Assembly: GCF_009914755.1 (NCBI RefSeq)
Contig: NC_060937.1
Direction: 5' to 3' (one strand)
DNA length: 64,000 bases
Source of the DNA: the human T2T-CHM13v2.0 reference genome, Homo sapiens
Part shown: one piece after another, positions 14,137 to 27,084 of the stretch
Numbering within the stretch: position 1 is the first letter of the stretch
Layout of the letters: every line of letters begins with the position of its first letter
Notes under the pieces: generated by a model
The model's database searches: none
What the model saw: only the letters and a program-made list of their open reading frames with translations
What the model was told of the DNA's origin: nothing
Made by a program: the position numbers and the translations under genes

Positions 14137-14489
14137 AAGATAATTCATTTATTTAATAGATATTTACAAGCATCAGCTCAAAGAGGAAGGATGTAAGAGA
14201 AAAGGCGTGTGAGAGACCAGAGTGAAGCCTGAAGGGGTTGGGAGGGAGACCATGGCACCTGTGGTGAGAGGGGAGGGCAGTAGGAGACGTTGCTGCACAG
14301 GGAGAAGAGCTTGCCTGGGCCCCAGCCTGGCTGACCCAAACCTAAATGGTGGGGCTGGGCCCAGGCGTATGTGTTATTTAAAGCTTATAGATGACCTTGA
14401 TGCCCAGTGGGAACTGTGAAGCACTGATGTGGAGCCTGATTGGGTCTTACTCTGAGTGAGGTAGAAAGCCATCAGTAATTTTTTTCTCC

Positions 14490-15050
14490 ATTTTTTATTG
14501 TGATAAAATACCCATCACATACAATTTACCATCATAACTAGTTTTAAGTGCATAGATGAATGGTAATAAATACATTCACATGCTTGTGTAACCATCACCA
14601 CCATTCATCTCCAGAACTATTTCATCTTCCCAAACTGAAACTCTGTCCTATTAAACCACAGCTTCCCATTTCCCCCTCCCCTGGCTCCTGGTTAGCAGCA
14701 TTCAACTCTGTGACTCTAGGAATTTGACTCCTTTAGCTACCTCGTATAAGTGAACTTGTACAAATTGGTCCCTTTGTGACTGGCCTATTTCACTTAGCAC
14801 AATGTCTCAAGATCCATTCATGACATTGCATGTGTCAGAACATTCACTTTTTAAGGCTGAATAATGTTCCACTGTATTGATAGACCACGATTTGTTTATC
14901 CATTTTTCAGTCAGTTGAACACTTGGGCTACTTCTACCTTTTGGCTGTTGTGAATAATGTTGCTATGAACTTGGGTGTACATATACCGCTTTCAGTCCTT
15001 GCTTTCAAATCTTTTGGACATGTACCTAGGAGTAGAATTGCTGGGTCATA
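14490..15050 (-). mobile_element. L1MB 3' end
   Basis: ttttattgtgataaaatac...aaccatcaccaccattcatctccagaact...tttgtgactggcctatttcacttagcacaatgtc. Confidence 0.88.
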
Positions 15051-15269
15051 TCTGACTTGGTAACTGTTTGTAAACTGAGTTAGTGTGGGGAAACACACAG
15101 AATGTGTTCACTGGGACCTCACTAGTACATTTGTATTGCAAATAATATGTCACAGTTTTAGGGTGAGTTGAGATTAAAAACAAGATTATATCTGGGTTAG
15201 TTTCAAATCTCCTTTACCATGTATTAAATACATTGTGAATTCTAATCATGGATTAAAATTATATAATAC

Positions 15270-15631
15270 TGATATGGTTTGGTTCTGTGTCCCTACCCAA
15301 TCTCATGTTGAATTGTACTCTCATAATTCCCATGTGTTGGGAGAGGGACCTGGTGGGAGATAATTGAATCATGGGGGCGGTTTCTCCCATGCTGTTCTCA
15401 TAGTAGTGAATAAACCTTACGAGACCTGATGGTTTTATAAGGAGCAACACCTTTCATTTGGTTCTCATTTTCTCTCTTGCCACCGGTATGTAAGAAGTGC
15501 CTTTCACCTTCTGCCATGATTGTGAGGCTTCGCTAGCTACGTGGAACTGTAAGTCCATTAAACCTTTTTCTTTTGTAAATTGCCTAGTCTTGGGTATGTC
15601 TTTATTAGCAGTGTGAAAACAAACTAATACA
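15270..15631 (+). mobile_element. THE1A-like MaLR solo LTR
   Basis: tgatatggtttgg...taagaagtgcctttcacct...gtgtgaaaacaaactaataca. Confidence 0.92.
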
Positions 15632-15637
15632 CATATA

Positions 15638-15852
15638 TACATAATATTTTACATATTTATGGGATAAATGTGATATTTTGTTACATATATAGAGTGTGTA
15701 ATGATCAAGGCAGGGTATTTGGGGTATTCATCACCCTGATTATCATTTCTATGTGTTAGGAAAATTTCAAGTTCTGTCTTCTAATTACTTTGAAATATAC
15801 AATATGTTGTTGCTAATTATAGCCACCCCACTCTGCTGTTGAACATTAGAAC
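15638..15852 (-). mobile_element. L1MA 3' end fragment
   Basis: catatttatggg...aatgatcaaggcagggtatttgggg...tttgaaatatacaat. Confidence 0.8.
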
Positions 15853-16027
15853 TCAGCATCAGTGAATTTTTGAACAGATCTTCACCAAGGTTATGGATCA
15901 CTGTGGATGCAACCTTGAGAACTGACCTCAGGGAGGCAAGGATGGGTGCAGGATAGGAGGCTCTCCTGATAGGAGGCTGCTCCAATAATCCAAGTAAGAC
16001 TTGATGTGCTTCATTGCCATAGGGTTG

Positions 16028-16690
16028 TGTTACTGGAAAGGGGTCCCAATCCATACCCCAAGAGAGAGTTCTTGAATCTCATGCAAGAAAGAATTTGGGG
16101 CAAGCCCACAGATTAAAGTGAAAGCAAGTTTATTAGGAAAGTAAAGGAATAAAGTAAAGCAAGTTTATTAGGAAAGTAAAGGAATAAAGAATGGCTACTC
16201 CATAGGCAGAGCAGTGGCTTAGGCTGCTCAACTGAGTATACTTATAGTTATTTCTTGATTATACGCTAAACAAGGGGTGGATTATTCACGAGGTTTCTGG
16301 GGAAGGGTTGGGTAATTCCGGAACTGAGGGTTTCTTCCCTTTTTAGACCATATAGGGTAAATTCCTGATGTTGGTATGGCATTTATAAGCTGTCATCGTG
16401 CTGATGGAAGTGTCTTTTAACATGCTAATTCATTGTAACTAGCATATAATGAGCAGTGAGGATGACCAGAGGTCACTTTCATCACCATCTTGTTTTTATT
16501 GGGTTTTGGCCCGTTTCTTTACTGCCTCCTGTTTCATCAGTAGGGTCTTTGTGACCTGTAAGTTGTACCAATTTCCTATCTTATCCTGTGACTAAGAATG
16601 CCTGACCTCCTGGGAATGCAGCCCAGTAGGTCTCAGCCTTATTTTACCCAGCCCTTATTCAAGATGGAATCGCTATGGCTCAAACACCTC
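16028..16690 (-). mobile_element. MER41B ERV1 solo LTR
   Basis: The minus strand reads gaggtgtttgagccatagcgattccatcttgaataagggctgggtaaaataaggctgagacctactgggctgcattcccagg, the MER41 5' end; the STAT-site segment characteristic of MER41B is present; ends ...ccagtaaca. Confidence 0.9.
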
Positions 16691-19600
16691 AGTTTTTATC
16701 CGTTGTAGTGGCGATAAATATTGCAATCTGGACATATCTGTGAAGGTGAAGCCACCAGGATTTACTGCTGACTGAGAAAACAAAAAGCAAAAAGTTTATG
16801 AAAAAAGTGAACATAGAAAATGTTTATTTTTGAAATGAACAAAAAATACTCTCTGAAATATCCCAAGAAGCCACAAAGAGCATTAGCTTTTGACCATTGG
16901 CTCTGATGTTCCCTGTCTTCTTTATGATGAGAATTCTCACCACCATTTTTGGCCATGGCCACTGGTGTTGCAGACTCAGCCCTTCCTCTCCTCTGGGCTG
17001 CATTGGCATGATTTTGTCTTACCAGCAGGTAAAGCCTGAAACCACCTTTTTCAGTGGGCCTAGAAACTTCCACTTTGGCTCTGAAGATGAAAGCCATGTG
17101 CTGCTTCTCAACTGAGAGCCTCTCTGTGATGTTAGAGATGTTTTGCAGCAATGGCATTCTCTGGACATGCACAATACCACTAAGAAGACCAAGTTCTGCC
17201 CCTTGTCCTTTGGTGGCTCTCCTGAACTACTCTGCTAGCATCAGAGCCTCCAAAATTTTAGTAAGTGTTTCAGTGTTTTAAATTGTGTTATTCTGCAATG
17301 AGTATGTCTTTCCAAAAAGGATTTGACCTACACCTTCAAGCCTGTGATGGTGAAAGCATTGATGCATCTGCTTTTCCCATCTGCGGTCTTGGTACCTGGG
17401 CTTTATTTAGGGGTTATCCTTGAGAATCAAGAAATAGCCTTGAAGTCCTTCAAATAAATGAAAAACAGATTGGGGTTGGGGGTGTCCCTTGCATGTGACA
17501 GGCATTTTAGGGCATGTAGCTATAATTAATCTTGCTTTCAGACTCCTGAAAGTGAAGCTTAGTAAACAGCGTGAATCACAGAATACTCTCGTTGGTCAGC
17601 CCCCTTTCAAGGGTGTTAAATGTCTGGCTTGGCACTTTGTTTTATTTAACTAACTTTTCAGCCCGTTTTAACACGTGGAACCTCCTGAAACCTGAGCCAG
17701 AGAGCCTACAGATCTAGCTCCATTTCGTTCTGGTCTGTCACTTTAGTGTTAGCATTTTCCTCACTCTTGTTTCCAGTTTGAGTTATGAAACCATTTCAGT
17801 TCAGTTTTAATAACCTCCCTGGCATGGCAAGTGCTGCAAGAACTGCCAAACTTAATGCGTTGACTCCCTGTGAGGAGGGCAGCAGGGACAGGGAGGTAGA
17901 CTTTCTATAAACGCATCCGTTTTCCATTACAGCCCTTTCTGACTTGATAGCAGGCTGCCAGGTGCAGCTGGTTTCCTCTTCTACATGCAATCACTTTTGA
18001 CTTTGGTTTCTGAATTTCCCTGTCTCCTGACTCATGATCCCTTAACTAAATAAACTACCTCGTGATGGACCTTCCTGCCTGAGGAGTGCATCCCAGGGCT
18101 CAGAAGCCTTGAGAGGACTGAACTGCACCCTGAAGGACAAAATTCAAGCTGGTGACTTCCACATGTGTTTTGTGAAGCCTTCATGACCACCATAGGGAAA
18201 CAGCTGCACTGGTGCAGAGATAAAGCTGTCTTTGTAGAATAAAAGCAGGATTCTATCCTAAAATTGATTTACATCTGAGCTGCAGGCACGCTACTGAAGA
18301 AAGCTCTCTGAATCTACCCCCGTGAGAACTTCCCCCAGCCACTCCTATGCCACAGAACAAAGGCCAGGGTAGGAGTTCAGATCTCTATTGTTCAGCCTCA
18401 TCCTTTTCTCAGAATCTGTGTTTATATAAGACACTGACACACTCATCTCATTGAATAAAAGACACAAATATTTTATTTCTTATGAAATGTTCAATAGACC
18501 ATAGATTTCATGGGCTGGATTACAACATAGAGACACCCTACTTTAAGCTGATAAAATACATGAAATACCAAATTCATAGTTAAGGCAATGTACAACACAA
18601 TTACTTGCTTTATAAAAAAAGTGGCCGTAAGACACTTTAAATATGTATACTCTAGTAGAGAAATAAAATACTACAATTTCTTTATTCAAATAAGTTGAAC
18701 TATTCCCATTATGAAAATAGTAGAAAAATAGATCAGGAACAGAGCCAAGGAGCTGCCCAAAGCGGTATATACATTCTCATTTGGGAATGTGGACACCTCT
18801 AATTTCCTTTGGAACCTCAGCTTAATCTTATTAAATTTCCACTAAAATTCTCTAGGGGAATTCAATGATGGGGTTAAAGGGTCAAGTTTTCTCCGGGTTT
18901 TGCTACTTCTTAGTGAACACTTTGTGGCCTCTGGAAGTGGAGGGAGCAAAACCTCAGAGAGTGCAGAGTCCCTGTGTGCAGAGAGGGCAGCAGCTGGGTG
19001 TCTCATCACCTTGCAGTTCTCAACCTTATGTGGTGGGGGGTGCCCCCGGGTGACTTAGTCCTGCGGGCCAAGACTGCAGGCTGCTGCATGAATAAAATAG
19101 ACCATGAGTGAAGTCTGATTCTGCAGGTGCTAGCTGAAAGCCCACCACTTTCTCCCCTGCTCAGGAAAGTGAATTAGAATGCTAGTGAACAAAAGAGCTG
19201 TTATCATAGGGATGTCCTCTTATTGGAATCTACACTCAGAGTTTTTATATATGTTACCTAAAAACTTTGGTATACTCTAACTGTTTGTAGTGATAACTTA
19301 CTCGTTCCAAACTCCCTCCACTTCCTGAGATCTGCTGGTGCAACCTGTTATTGTAAGAGTATGGGATGGGGACCATGGAGGCATTTCCCTGTCCCCTCTC
19401 ATCCAGAGTGAGCTAGGCAGGGGTAGCCTTCCCTCTGGACGGTTTCAGGTCCCAGCAGGCTTCCAGGGAGGATGGGAGCTGCGGGAGGGAATATGCAGGG
19501 AAGATTGTTGCAGAATCTGGAAAACTGCTCTCAGCTTTCATATTTTTTGAGCTAGATCCTCTTGCCTCAGGCTGCCCTTGTGTAGGTAGACACCCACCAC

Positions 19601-21284
19601 TCCCACCCTACCAGGTTTTGTTTTTGTCTGTTTTTTTTTAATTTATTCTGCTGCCAATGGTCTTCAAAGCATAAGAGTTTTCATATTTCTGAAACATCAC
19701 AGAACCTTCTAATTAGCAATATTTGACCACAAGGAGTTGCAGCTTCTTCTATATATCTCCAAAATAGCTAGACTTTTGCAAGTTTTTAAAACCCAAATTT
19801 TAATTTGTGGGCATATTCTTTATTTGTACTAAGTTACAATAAGCACAAATTCTTTTGTAATATTGAGAATTATTTTTAAATTGACCAAAATTATTCACTA
19901 AAGAATTATTTTCCTTAAGAAGAAAAGAAAATATTGTAGCAACAAAAAAGGGGGTCTTGAAAGATTAAAAATCTGCTGATATTCCAGCTTTACTCCTCTC
20001 CCCTCCCCTGGCTTCTGGGGCCACCTACAGAATTCAGGCTCCTTGAATGGAAACTATTCTGGAACATGGAGTGTGGGGTGGGGGGCAGGGGGCTGCTTTG
20101 GTACAGCAAAGCTATGTGTCTATTTGAACAAAGGGAAAAGAAAAATGATTTCATTGTCCATGAAGTGTCTTCAAGAAAAATAAGTCATGGGGAGGTCTGG
20201 GACAAGGGCTTCCAAACCTGGTTTTGCAGAGTCCCCTTTGGGGACAAGAAGTGGAGATGGGGAAGAGAGGAGAAGGGGGGCAAGAAAAGGTTGACTGGGG
20301 CAACTTCAGCATCCCTCTCCCGACCAGAGAAACTCCACTTTCAGGAAAACACGAATTATTTCATTTTATTCAAACAACTGTGTGTATAGGTGTATAGGTG
20401 TATAGATATTTTCCAGGCTCATTATTTGATATCAGTGCTCTAAATATTGTCATCTAACACCAAATGCAATGTAAAGTTTTTGAGAAAAATCAATTGCATT
20501 TCTAAGAAATTGGCAAAATGACCATTCTCCTATCTCCTAATATTACTGTTACTACAGAGAATGGAGCAAAGTCTAGATTATTTAAAAATTGAAAGTAATA
20601 AAACTTTTTTTCTAGGTATGGGTAACTGCACTGGCTATTGAGAGATCAAATGATATGCACCTTCAGGAACTCTTCCAGCAAGAGCTACTCAGTGAGGAGA
20701 CATTCATCATTAGCACATTCAGAAATTATAGCTCTGATATGTTTTCTGGGTGGCCGGATGCAAAGGATCATCCATAGTTATGAAAACTCAAGAACAGGGA
20801 AGTCAATTAGTATATTTATAAATCTGTATTCCTCTCCTGTCAAGGAATCTCCCTGTATATGAATGATAGCTGTGTCCTTGATTTGAGTAACTCTTTTTCC
20901 TAATCAAAAGAAACTCAAATGAACAGGCCCATATGTCTTATCAGAACAAACTATCCTGTAATAAAATGGAAAGAGGTTTTGAAAACTTGATTGTTAGTGT
21001 CCATTAATATCTTTCAAGCAGGTACATGGTATAGCATGTAATTATAAATACAGATTATAATGGCAGGCAGTATTATCCTTTAGAAAAGAGGGGATGAAAC
21101 TAAGTAATTCCCTTCTCTATACTAGACACTTGTTGAAGCAAAGTCTACCACGATCTGAACTCCTCAAAGTGCATATAGTCTACTAAGGGTATCTGGCTTT
21201 TACAATAAAAAAGGTACCTTATGTTATAAAACCCGTGCTCAATAGCCTTATTTCTGGTGATTAGGAGAGGCACCAGTGGTAAAA

Positions 21285-21520
21285 GGCTCAGAGGAATGGC
21301 AGAAGGAACATGGATTTTGGAATTTGACTAGTCTAGATTCAAATCCCAACTCGTAACAGAGTCATCTTGGTAAGGTATGAAGCCAATATTTCATAAGTCT
21401 TATTTCCTCATTTGTTAAGTGAGAACAAAACTCCTCATCTCATAACGTCAAATGAAATAGGGAAATCATCAAGTTGAGACTTGATGCCTTGCGTACAGCA
21501 GACACTCAAATATATGAGGT
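21285..21520 (+). mobile_element. MIR
   Basis: tagattcaaatcccaactc...tcttatttcctcatttgttaagtgagaa. Confidence 0.7.
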
Positions 21521-22104
21521 TAACTTCTTTCCTCCTCTTCTTACAGGCAGATTAAGAAAGGATGTGTTAACTTATCCAGTGGTTAAGGTTAGGAATCTTG
21601 AAGATTCAGCAAGTCTCCCTTTTCGTATTTTTCTGCATGGTCCAGAATGCAAGGCTAATATCTGGAGAGTGCTTGGGCATTCCCAGATGGAATACTGATG
21701 ATAGGGGCTGCATCAGGCCGTTGATCCCAGTATTACCTGTTCACTAACAACAATTTGAACTTCCCATCTTCTGGTTCTGCTGAAGTGTGTGAGGTCCCTG
21801 GGTGTTAACCTGCCTGGGTGATGACACTGCCCATCAGCAGTGATGGAGCCCGTAGCAGTGGAAGCATCTTTTAGAAGATCTTTGAGTTCCATTTCTTTTG
21901 GAGATGAAGTAGGGAAAAATCGGTTTGCTTGGAAACTCTTGCCATTTGGCAGGTATTTTGAAAATTGAAGGAAGCATTGAAATTGGCTTGGAATTATCAA
22001 GCAGCTCCAGTGTGTTTTAAATATTAGGCTTCCTCATGCAATTTCATTGAAAAAAAGATTTCTGTGACGCCAAAGAATTTGCAAATTAGCAGCATACTAC
22101 AAGA

Positions 22105-22220
22105 GAGCTGTATGGAGTCTGAGAGTAAAGGGTGTACTGCCCTGGGTCTACCCTGCGTTCTGCCACTAATTTGCTGTGGGACACTACTGCTCTGTGTTAG
22201 TTTCTTCAGCATCAGAAAAA
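22105..22220 (+). mobile_element. MIR fragment
   Basis: cctgggtctaccctgcgttctgccactaatttgctgtgg...tagtttcttcagcatc. Confidence 0.6.
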
Positions 22221-25004
22221 GAAAAAGAAAATACACCTTAGGGCATGAAAGAATATTTTAAAGGCCTAAAGCAATATATACATCATAGACATCATTAGAG
22301 ACCAAGTTCATTTTGTCCCCAACAGACTTTTTATTGTAGTTTTGATTTAAATTATCTCAATATCATAATTACTTTGATGGCCCAATCTCAAAACATAGCT
22401 AAAATTAATTAGGTCAGAGTAGAAGAAGCAGAATATCTTTTTATTGCTTTTTTGTTTTTAATAAGCACTTAGAACATCCCTACTTCTTTCAGTTAAAGAA
22501 AGGACATATATTTGTATATAAATTTGCTTTCTTGTCAATTCCCAAAAATATCTTCATGAACCAAATCCCAAAAATAATTAGAAAAAAATTGTTTTCAGTT
22601 CCAACTAATGAATGTTTCCTGTGAGTTCATTGATTCAATTCAATTGAAGGTGTAAGCTGCCTCTGTTCATGAGGCTACTTGAGATACTGCCTTTACTTAG
22701 ACCTGTTTTTCTATCAAACACAATGTGCAAACATTAGACAAGACAGGCATTGCAAACTTATACTATGAGACAAGTATCTAAATATTAATGTTTTCACAAA
22801 AACTATTTGCCATAGCACTGCTTTATAATTAATTGGGATGCTTGTAAACATTCATAAGAACATTGTGCAATAAACATAAATATTTTATTGCTTTAAAAAT
22901 GTAAATGTAATGCATAATGTAGGTAACATACACTGATTTAAAAGCTAACATTAATTGCCAACAGAAACTTAATCATGAGCTATTAATTACTGTAGCACCT
23001 AGGAGTCCTGATTAAAATTCCAGTTATTCAAACAATGATAACCTGTTACACTTAATTTGACCATCCTAATTCTGGGCTTTTGTCTTGCTCATAATGCACA
23101 GCTCTTCCCAAATACAGTCATAGCATAAGAGTACCTTTCCTATTCTCAAAAAATGGTAGGTAGAATACAGTTTATTGCAGATAACTCTATAGAAGCTAGA
23201 TTTGGAGCTGAAGGGGCTGTGGTAAATTCTAGCTTTATGTTTGTTATAAGGGTACAATTTGTGACATTTACATTTTTATTGAAATGAAGATTTTGTTCAG
23301 GAAAAAATTGAACCACTTGGGCTGAAGAATCCAGTCATGGGGGACTCTAAAATGGGTTGGAGTCTTTGTCAGAAAGAGAAGACAAGGAAAAACATCCTTG
23401 ACCTCTGTCCTTCATGTCCAACTTTTATTCCCCAGCCCATAAAGGAACTCTCTCCCCCAGGTGGGGACTCCCTTCATCCCCTCTAATACAGAGTCGCTAA
23501 TCTGATTGGTCAGAGAAATTTATGGAACCACAATTGCAGGGAGCAGGGCAAACTACCTGTTGTTCTACCTGTGCCCAGGAGCCCTACAGATGCAGACATA
23601 GTTTCTCTCCTTTCCATAGTACACCTCCCCATAAAGAATTCAAAATTTAGATTCAAGATATGAAGTCTCACATTTGCCTAGGTTCTAAGTCATCTCCTAC
23701 CAGGTTTACCTGAAGTCTTGCCTTTTCTAGTTTTCAGCTACTTACCTAGATTAGTACATTATCTCATTTCTCATCTATCTAGTCATCATGATTTGCTCCG
23801 CCAGAACCTGATGGGGGAAGAGGACCAAGTAATTGCCAGGACGTATTTTGAGGGAGAAGGGCTATAGAAAGACTTACTTAATTCTCGAAGGAAAGGAAAC
23901 GTAAGGAAAGCAAGGCCAGAGCATGCCAAGGCGGCTGGGCCTGGAGAGATCTTTTCTCCTCTCTCCTCCCATCTCTCCGTCTCTGCCATCTGTGAGAATA
24001 CTCTTTCTGGAGGTGGCAATTGACAGAATCACAGCTGCCTCTAGTGCCTGACCCAATTAAATTTTGCTCAGAGATAAAAAACAAGTGACCAAAGAATGAA
24101 TATCTGGGAAAAGTAAACTGAATGCAATCTTTTGTTTTTCAAAATAACATTTTTTTTCCCGATTTTATAAGTAAATATACACTCATATGTGCAAATGTGG
24201 AAAGGAGAGAACAGCATAAAAAGGCTAACAAATGTCATTTGTATCCTACCAACCAGGAAGAGCGATTTCTCTTTCTGTTTCTGAGCTCCCTCCAGCCACC
24301 TCCAAGCTTTTGGCACACCCCCACCTGGTTCTGCTTAGACTCAGCTGCTGGTTGGAGTACAGGTGTTAAAGACCTCATTAGCACAGTTTTGCTACTCACT
24401 TGGAAAACTAAATAACCCTCCAGTGACTCTTAAGTTCTCCCAGCACAATCCCTTTCTCCAGCTGGTGAGTTCAGAGTTTTAGAAGTTTGTGTGTTGCTGC
24501 TACCTTCTTCTTAAGTTGTTCCAATTTGCCTTTCAAAAGGGACGTCTATAACTGCCCTATGTTAGGCCCGGGTGTTCCCAAGTTCCTTGCCCCGGCTTAC
24601 TTCCACACAGAGTGTTACATGGTTCATTTATTTGTGGGGCAGGGAGGCACTATCATTCTTCTTTCTTTCCCACTGTCAAATGTAAAAACAAAACATATGA
24701 AGCAATGAGTTTAACCCATTTCTTCGTAACTTCATCCTAAATTGTCCCAAGAAATTAGGCTCTCACACAATAGAGTTGTTCAACTTCTGATGTCATATTG
24801 CTGACTGATGTGGAGAACATCGCTTTTCTAACTGTTGACTATTAGAATGCAGAAAAGCCAGACTCCTCGGCATGGTGTTGGCCTAGTGTGCTCCATTGTA
24901 CATGCACTCACAGATGTGGCCACCATGTTTTCTCTTAAAAAATCAGAATGAAGTGCTGATTTATTCTGTGAAGTGCTGTGTTATTCATAACACAGTTCAA
25001 ACAA

Positions 25005-25145
25005 CAGAGAGTAATTACTTAATGGGCTCAATGTATGTTATTTGAGTGATGGATACCCTTAAAGCCCTGAGTTGACCACTACGCAACGTATGCATGTAAG
25101 AAAATTGCACTTGTACTCTATATGTTTATATAAATTAAAAAAAAA
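25005..25145 (+). mobile_element. L1MA 3' tip with A tail
   Basis: attacttaatgggctcaatgtatgttatttgagtgatggataccct...tgcacttgtactc...aattaaaaaaaa. Confidence 0.8.
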
Positions 25146-25796
25146 CTGTAAAACAAAACACAAATAACAGAAAGTATTTTCTACAAATGTATTTTCTCCA
25201 AACATTAGAGTTTTCTTCCCAGCCTTCTCTTCCCCCTCCTACCTGAAGTATCCGTATTTCCAGGGTTCTATCCTTGCTTCATCTTTCTTTTTTAAAAATT
25301 CCCTCTCAGGAATGTTCCATCTCTCCTTGTCTTCAGTTATTGCTCTGTTGAGGATTCCCAGATCCTCCCTGAACTTTCCTGAAAGGCAATCTAGCAAAGC
25401 TATGAAGATTGTGCATTTTCAAGCCCAGAGCTACATCTCATTGCCATGTGCCTTTCGGAGAGATTTTCAGCCTCTGGGTCTCAGTTTCCTCATCCATAGA
25501 ATAGTGAGCAGTGCATGAGACAGTACCTGAAGCCATTTCAATACTAGCAAAAATGTGCTGGCCCTAAGTGATATTAGGAGCATTTGTTTGTTAGAAAAAT
25601 GTTTTTATTTTGTTTTGATTAAAATGAATTTAGTTTTCCATTATCTTTTGAATAGGTAATAGATGTACATGTAAAATTTCAAAATGTACAACAGGGTATG
25701 TGTGAAAAGTAAGTCTCTATTAATCTTTATTGTTCAATCAACCTTCCAGAAGCAACCAATTTTTTGGACCTCACTCTTTCTGATTGCTAAGTAAGA

Positions 25797-26000
25797 TGGT
25801 AAGTCCTCACTTAACATCATCCGTAAGTTCTTGGAAACTGCAGCTTTAAGCAAAATGATGTATAATGAAACCAATTTTTTTCTTATCAATGTTATAACGA
25901 AACAAGGAAACAATATTATTTCAGGACCTGCTGTATGTTGTTTTGCTTAAAAATCACAGTTTCCAAGAACTTATCAGCAATGTTAAGTCAGGACTTACTG
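25797..26000. mobile_element. MER6B-like TcMar-Tigger MITE (long terminal inverted repeats)
   Basis: gtaagtcctcacttaacat...ttcttggaaactg at the left end mirrored by cagtttccaagaa...atgttaagtcaggacttac at the right end. Confidence 0.85.
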
Positions 26001-26315
26001 TGTTCTATTGTACGGATGTACAATAATTTATTCATTTTCCTATTTGAAAATATCAGGTTATTTCCTACTTTATTATTAAAATCAACAGTGAACATGTTTG
26101 GATATAACTGAGGATAGATTTCCAGAATTAATATTGGCAGGTCAAAGGATAACAGCATATTTTGCAGTTAGGTTTTTTCAGCTATAATTTACATACAGTA
26201 AAATTCACCCTTTCAGTGTATAGATCTACAGGTTTTGACTAGTGCATACAGTTACATAACACCAACACAATCAAGATATGAAACACTTCCATCATCTCAA
26301 AAACTTCCCCCATGT

Positions 26316-27084
<769 letters not shown>

